Source: an uncultured Alphaproteobacteria bacterium (GTDB lineage: Bacteria; Pseudomonadota; Alphaproteobacteria; Methylaequorales; Methylaequoraceae). Taken from it: a DNA stretch of 64,000 bases. The stretch is taken from positions 11,711-75,710 of the forward strand of contig CABZJY010000005.1 in NCBI GenBank assembly GCA_902526175.1, written 5' to 3'. The notes beneath the pieces were generated by a model. It saw only the letters and a list, made by a program, of their open reading frames with translations, made no database searches and was not told the DNA's origin. Made by a program: the position numbers and the translations under genes. Below, piece after piece: positions 58,966-64,000 of this stretch. Positions within the stretch are counted from its first letter, which is position 1, and each line of letters starts with the position of its first letter.

Positions 58966-60323
58966 CTGGTAAATTAGCAGAAAGACAACTTAAAAGAATA
59001 CTTGAAGCTATGAAACCTGACTTCAGTTATAAAATTAATCAAATTGGAGTTAGTGTAGCTGCCCTAATGTCAGAAAATATAATAATGAGAAGAGTGAAAG
59101 TTGATGAAACTTTTAATAAAATTATTATTCCGGGTAAGTTTAGGGGTGACTTAAAAAAATTGTCCAATTATTTTCAAATTCCAGTTGAAAGAGGCCCTGA
59201 AGACCTGACCAGTTTACCTGATTATTTTGGTATGGACAATAATGAAACTCAGCTCAACGAATCAGATTGTCTTATATTTGCTGAAATAGTAGATGCAACA
59301 ACATTGACTGTAAATGAAATTCTAACAAGAGCTGAGGAGTATAGAAATGATGGTGCTGATGTTATAGATATTGGTTGTATGCCGGATACAGAATTTAGTA
59401 ACCTGGAAGAGGTTATATACAAATTAAAAAAATCGGGTCATAAAGTATCCATTGATTCCGCTAACTATGAGGAATTACTTAGAGGTGGAAAATGTGGAGC
59501 AGATTATCTGTTAAGTATTAGTGAAAAAAATTATGACATATTAGATTCTGTTGATTCAATTCCAGTTTTAATTCCATCCCAACCTGGAGATTTGAAATCC
59601 CTGGAAAGAATAATTAGAAAAACTCAATCAACGAATAGGGATTTCTTGGCTGATCCAATTTTAGATCCAATACATTATGGGTTTGTAGATTCTATAGTCC
59701 GTTATAAAAAGCTTCGATCAATGTTTCCAGATATAAAAATACTGATGGGTATCGGAAATTTAACTGAACTAACTGATTGTGACTCCGTTGGTGTCAACAC
59801 AGTTTTAATGGGCTTAGTTTCTGAATTATCCGTATCTGCAGTTTTAGTAGTTCAGGTTAGTAACCATTGTAAAAATTCAATTAAAGAAACTGATCAAGCA
59901 AGAAAGCTTATGTACTTTGCAAAAAAAAATCAGAGGCTCCCAGTTGGCATTGACGAGAGTTTAATGTGCTTATCAAACAGAAGACTTCTTAGACAGACAA
60001 AAGATGAAATAAATCATTTTAAATTAAATGTAAGAGATAGAAACTTCAGAATCATGCTTACAGACAAAAAAATAAATATATTCAATAAAGATGTGCACTT
60101 GAAAGGAACAGATCCATACGATTTTTTTAGCAAATTGGATGTTGATAATGATTCTAGTCATGCTTTTTACTTAGGTGTAGAATTAGCTAGAGCACAAATA
60201 GCTTTGCAATTATATAAAAACTATAATCAGGATAATGAATTAAGCTGGGGTACATCTCTAAAAAAAGATAAAGTTGATCTTCATAAAAGGCCAAAATTAA
60301 AGTCAACACAGGAAAAAAAATGA
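58941..60323 (+). CDS. Dihydropteroate synthase-like Orf20 (H4MPT biosynthesis)
   Basis: ILFLTGKLAE, VAALM, GADVIDIGC, DPILDPIHYGF, MGIGNLTELTDCD, HAFYLGVELARA. Confidence 0.88.
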   Translation: MAEKILFLTGKLAERQLKRILEAMKPDFSYKINQIGVSVAALMSENIIMRRVKVDETFNKIIIPGKFRGDLKKLSNYFQIPVERGPEDLTSLPDYFGMDNNETQLNESDCLIFAEIVDATTLTVNEILTRAEEYRNDGADVIDIGCMPDTEFSNLEEVIYKLKKSGHKVSIDSANYEELLRGGKCGADYLLSISEKNYDILDSVDSIPVLIPSQPGDLKSLERIIRKTQSTNRDFLADPILDPIHYGFVDSIVRYKKLRSMFPDIKILMGIGNLTELTDCDSVGVNTVLMGLVSELSVSAVLVVQVSNHCKNSIKETDQARKLMYFAKKNQRLPVGIDESLMCLSNRRLLRQTKDEINHFKLNVRDRNFRIMLTDKKINIFNKDVHLKGTDPYDFFSKLDVDNDSSHAFYLGVELARAQIALQLYKNYNQDNELSWGTSLKKDKVDLHKRPKLKSTQEKK

Positions 60324-60895
60324 TAATTGAAACAATCATTTCTACAATGTCGAAAGAAAAAAAACCTCAAACATCTCCATTTGGCATAAAAAAAAAAAAT
60401 GAATTAATTTTAATTTCACCCTATCTCCCATCCACTACACATACTAATATGTTAGAAAATAAATATGCATCAATTAGTTATACAGATAATGCCAATATAT
60501 TTGTAGAATGTATAATAAAAAACCAAAGTTTTCTAATGGAAAAATGTACTTCTATTGAAGCTTATTATGTTAAAGATTCTCTCAAACATGATGAAGTAAA
60601 AGTTATCAATTATATTAAGGATAGTGAGCGTCCTACTTTCGAATGTGAAATAATTCATACTGAAAATCATGGGTCATTTTTAGGGATTAACAGAGCAAGA
60701 AATGCTCTTATTGAAGCTTGTATATTGGCTACGAGAATTAATCTATTACCTCAAAAAAAAATTCTCTCTGAATTAAAATACCTAGAAAATGCAATTATAA
60801 AAACTTCTGGGCAGATTGAGCAAGTGTCTTGGAATAAATTAAAAAAATTTATAGATAAAAAAATTAAAAAAAATGAATTCAATAGTCAAACCTAA
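60320..60895 (+). CDS. DUF447 protein Orf19 (H4MPT-linked)
   Basis: IIETIIST, SPFGI, PYLPSTT..N, NRA.NA.IEACILATR. Confidence 0.82.
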   Translation: MIIETIISTMSKEKKPQTSPFGIKKKNELILISPYLPSTTHTNMLENKYASISYTDNANIFVECIIKNQSFLMEKCTSIEAYYVKDSLKHDEVKVINYIKDSERPTFECEIIHTENHGSFLGINRARNALIEACILATRINLLPQKKILSELKYLENAIIKTSGQIEQVSWNKLKKFIDKKIKKNEFNSQT

Positions 60896-61616
60896 AATTT
60901 TATTAAGTGTCAAAGATATTTATGAAATCGACAAAGTTATTAATTATGCCGATATTATAGATTTAAAAAATCCTAATGATGGTCCAATTGGTTCATGGGA
61001 CACAGAAAATATAAGAGAAGTAATCAGAGCATATAAAAATATAAATTTTAGTGCAACTTTAGGTAACTTAAAAGATTTGTCAGAAGTAAAAAAAAAGTTA
61101 CCTGTATTTGATTCTCTTGGTTTACATTATATAAAGATTGGTTGCTTTTGCAAATCAATCAAAGACCTAGATAAATTCTTAAAGTTTTTTAAAAACACTA
61201 AAACTTCAGCAAGTATAGTATTAGTCTTTTTTGCAGAAAACCAAAAAATCATTAACAGTTTAGATAAATATTTTGAAACATTTATAAATTATAATATTAA
61301 GGATATAATGATTGATACAAAAAATAAATCCTCAAAGGGATTACTTGAGAATTTAACTCTCAATAAGTTACAGAAAATTTTATCAAGATGTCATAAGTCT
61401 GAAATCAGTATTGGGTTGGCCGGCAAGCTTCAACTAAGTAATCTCATTAATTTACTTTTTTTAAACCCTAATATTGTAGGATTTAGAGGGGCAATTTGTA
61501 AAACGGAAGATAGAAATTCAGATATATGCCTTAAAAAGGTGAAGAATTTATTTCAATCAATAAATTTTGAAATTAGTAAAGCACAAGAAGTTGCTGGAGC
61601 ATGCATTGAAGCATAA
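60873..61616 (+). CDS. mfnB: (5-formylfuran-3-yl)methyl phosphate synthase (Orf22/DUF556)
   Basis: LLSV, ADIIDLKNP..G.IGS, SATLG, YIKIG, MIDT.NK, GLAGKL, GFRGAIC. Confidence 0.85.
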   Translation: MNSIVKPKILLSVKDIYEIDKVINYADIIDLKNPNDGPIGSWDTENIREVIRAYKNINFSATLGNLKDLSEVKKKLPVFDSLGLHYIKIGCFCKSIKDLDKFLKFFKNTKTSASIVLVFFAENQKIINSLDKYFETFINYNIKDIMIDTKNKSSKGLLENLTLNKLQKILSRCHKSEISIGLAGKLQLSNLINLLFLNPNIVGFRGAICKTEDRNSDICLKKVKNLFQSINFEISKAQEVAGACIEA

Positions 61617-62584
61617 TATTTTTTTTTCTCTCCACCTGTAAGATAATCAGAAAAATTTTTGATTTTGTACCCAAGTTTAATTGCGTGTTTTTCTATGATT
61701 TTTTGTCCTATACCACATGGAACAATGGGGGTGTTAGATTTTATATTATTCTGCTTAATTAATTTTTTTGTACAGTGAAATATATGATTCTTTTGAATTT
61801 CTAAAAGTCTATCAATAAATTTATTAATTAAAGGATTTTTTTTTTTAAAATCTATCCCAAAGTTTCTAGAAATTCTTTTTAAACTATTTAATTCTGATTT
61901 ACTTCTGTTATCTGCCGAGTCAAAAAGATCTAAATTTTTGTTTAGCATTTTGTTCACTCTGTAAAGATCAGCGGTTGTAGAAAATAATTCAGGAATTAAG
62001 TTATATTCATTACTATCAACAACAATTTTTTTTGCTATGGCAAATAAAGGGGTTCTTGTATAACCAGTATAGATGAGTTCACAATTATTAATTCTATCAA
62101 AATCAGAAAAATGTCTATTAACAATTCTTTGATTTTTAATGATTATGATGTCAGTAGTAGTAGATCCAAAATCAATTACCACGGCTTCATTAATTTTATT
62201 TTTAATATACTCTCCTGTAGCTAGCCAATTCATTGAACAAATATCAGAGAAATTTATTCTTTTTTCAAAGTTTTTATTTTTTGATGAAAAAAAATAAAAG
62301 TTTATAAAGAGTTTCTCGCACAGCTGATATATCTGCTTTGCACCATTTGTTCTATTTACGAAACAATCAGATAATTCAGCTGTAATCGTAATTCCAAAGG
62401 TTGTTTTTCTGGGGTCTAAATATTTTAAAAGTTTATAAAGTGTTTTTTCTAGTAAAAAAAAATCTTTCCAAATGGGACATTTTTCATAAAATATAAAATT
62501 AATTTTTTTGTGTTGATCTATCCCAACTGCTTTTACATGAGCTCCGCCAATATCTAAGCCAACATAAGTACTTTTTGATTTCAT
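61553..62584 (-). CDS. H4MPT-linked hydantoinase/oxoprolinase-like Orf9 (MfnF-like)
   Basis: GLDIGGAHVK, ITAELSDCF, NWLAT, IDFGSTTTDI, ELIYTG..RTP, APA. Confidence 0.85.
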   Translation of the reverse strand: MKSKSTYVGLDIGGAHVKAVGIDQHKKINFIFYEKCPIWKDFFLLEKTLYKLLKYLDPRKTTFGITITAELSDCFVNRTNGAKQIYQLCEKLFINFYFFSSKNKNFEKRINFSDICSMNWLATGEYIKNKINEAVVIDFGSTTTDIIIIKNQRIVNRHFSDFDRINNCELIYTGYTRTPLFAIAKKIVVDSNEYNLIPELFSTTADLYRVNKMLNKNLDLFDSADNRSKSELNSLKRISRNFGIDFKKKNPLINKFIDRLLEIQKNHIFHCTKKLIKQNNIKSNTPIVPCGIGQKIIEKHAIKLGYKIKNFSDYLTGGEKKKYYASMHAPATSCALLISKFID

Positions 62585-62585
62585 C

Positions 62586-63575
62586 TTAAAATTTAATTTT
62601 TACAGTTTTTTTAAGAGGTATTATTTTATTTTCAAAATCTTTTCTACCTAGATAAATGTCTGAAATTAGGTCTGTCATTATTTCTCCATATGCTTCTTTT
62701 AATCCGCAGTATGTAGTACTAAATCTTGGATTTATTTCAATAATTTTCCAAGCCTCTTTGACCCTTATTACATCAAAATTTACCAATCCAAAAAAACCCT
62801 TTATTTTGAAATTAATTATATCAATTAAATCTTGAAAATCTGATCTATATTCTTCTAATCCACCTATAATAGAGCCAACTTGTTGAATTTTTTGTCCTGT
62901 TATTTTTACAATATGCTTATTGCAGGATAAAAGAATATTTCTATTTTCAATAAAAATAACATTTAAGCTACCAACAATACCTTTCTTGAAATATTGAATT
63001 ATATAAGGGAAATTTATTTTTTTTAATAATTTTTTTAAATCAAAGTAGTTATTTAAAATGAAAATATTTTCTGAGCCAGCGCCTTGATTAGGTTTTAAAA
63101 TTATTTCTTTTGATTTGTCAATTTTTGATAAATTACCGATAAAGTCAACACAAGGTAAGCCAACTTTTTTTAAAAATGTAATAGTACTTTTTTTAGAAGA
63201 AAATTTATTAATTAAAGAATAATTTGATAGTAGTAAATTAAAACCCATATCATCAATAGATTTAAAGACAGATTTTAATATTCCCTTAGATTCTGGAGCA
63301 ATCAATAATATTTCTGTCTCCTTTGGACAATATTTCAACAAAAAATTAATAAAATTTTTTCTCTTTGAAGTCACTAAGTATGTTATATTTTTTTTATATA
63401 ATTTTTTAAAATTCTCGTTCCGAACAACGATAATATTTGTGTTTTTTGATCTTTTAATTAATTCTTTTATTAGACAGTCAACCATCTTTAACCCTTCTTC
63501 AAAGATTTCTCTTTGGATGAACCCAGTTTTTAGTGGACTTGCAGTTAAATATTCAATTATAATCAAATTTTTCAT
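62586..63575 (-). CDS. ATP-grasp protein (Orf1 / MfnD-like tyramine-glutamate ligase)
   Basis: EG..M...L, LIAPE..GIL, KP..GAGS, IEINPR.ST.Y.GL. Confidence 0.75.
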   Translation of the reverse strand: MKNLIIIEYLTASPLKTGFIQREIFEEGLKMVDCLIKELIKRSKNTNIIVVRNENFKKLYKKNITYLVTSKRKNFINFLLKYCPKETEILLIAPESKGILKSVFKSIDDMGFNLLLSNYSLINKFSSKKSTITFLKKVGLPCVDFIGNLSKIDKSKEIILKPNQGAGSENIFILNNYFDLKKLLKKINFPYIIQYFKKGIVGSLNVIFIENRNILLSCNKHIVKITGQKIQQVGSIIGGLEEYRSDFQDLIDIINFKIKGFFGLVNFDVIRVKEAWKIIEINPRFSTTYCGLKEAYGEIMTDLISDIYLGRKDFENKIIPLKKTVKIKF

Positions 63576-63580
63576 CTTTT

Positions 63581-64000
63581 ATGATCAAGATTTTTGCAGT
63601 AGACATAAAGAACGGAAAAGTAGTTAAAGCATATGCTGGTGCAAGATTTAATTATAAACCACTGAAAATTAAAAACAAAGATTTTTCTAATGCAAATTTT
63701 CTAATTAAAAAAGCAATTGGTGTTGGGATTACAAACATTTATATTGCTGATTTAGATTCTATAACAAACAGAGGAAATAATTGGCATTTAGTAAGGAAGA
63801 TTGTAGAAACAAACCAACAAATAAATTTTTTTTTCGATTCAGGTTTTAATCGAGTGTCTAAATTAAGAAACTTTTATCTTTTTTTTAATAAAAATAAACA
63901 CATAAAAAATATTACAGTTGTTATTGGGACGGAAGGTATCTCAAGTGTAAAATTATTAAATCAATTAAGTGTGCAATTTAAGTCTATTATTTCCCTTGAC
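63581..64000 (+). CDS. HisA/HisF-related Orf17 (H4MPT cluster), truncated by the window end; not in ORF track
   Basis: Open frame to the edge: MIKIFAVDIKNGKVVKAYAGARFNYKP...IYIADLDSI...FDSGF...VIGTE. Confidence 0.8.
   Translation, partial: MIKIFAVDIKNGKVVKAYAGARFNYKPLKIKNKDFSNANFLIKKAIGVGITNIYIADLDSITNRGNNWHLVRKIVETNQQINFFFDSGFNRVSKLRNFYLFFNKNKHIKNITVVIGTEGISSVKLLNQLSVQFKSIISLD

Noticed and set aside
1236-63627. About 40 short ORFs in the track lying antisense or out of frame within real genes (e.g. 4335..4739, 8351..8677, 21218..21529, 56586..56987)
   Set aside because: No recognisable motifs and fully nested in well-supported genes; typical shadow frames
1-64000. CRISPR arrays, rRNA, IS elements, prophage, toxin-antitoxin or defence genes
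   Set aside because: No spaced repeats, rRNA-like segments, terminal inverted repeats or matching proteins were seen by eye

Overview
AT-rich (roughly 28-30% GC by eye), very compact chromosome segment of a marine-type Gram-negative alphaproteobacterium. Genes overlap or are separated by a few bases; NhaD, TrkH, kdsB and the alphaproteobacterial gene orders cycM-kdsB-pheA, ffs-dnaX-ybaB-recR, def-fmt-truA and rpmH-rnpA-yidC-engB-argB are present. Bases 1-42.5 kb are mostly housekeeping genes plus one large TonB-dependent receptor. From 42.5 kb to the window end is a contiguous lanthanide-dependent methylotrophy region: a Lut/Ped-type ABC transporter with two accessory exported proteins, pqqABCDE (pqqA missed by the ORF track), pseudoazurin, xoxF-xoxG-xoxJ (XoxF has the lanthanide-specific D-Y-D motif), a fused SoxYZ-like carrier, two exported proteins of unknown function, and a tetrahydromethanopterin/methylofuran biosynthesis block with a DmrB(AfpA)-type reductase. 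No integrase, transposase, CRISPR array or rRNA was seen. Best leads: a structured ~135-nt xoxF 5' leader (three hairpins, strand-specific G-U pairs, a possible alternative fold), a cupredoxin-fold protein that has lost its Cu ligands inside the lanthanide-transport operon, a distant LutH/LanA-like receptor with Cys-clamped acidic loops, the SoxYZ-like carrier, and strong high-expression codon bias confined to xoxF. Caveat on novelty: this gene set resembles what I recall being reported for the uncultured marine order TMED127 ('Ca. Methylaequorales'). Family names are from motif recognition, not database searches.
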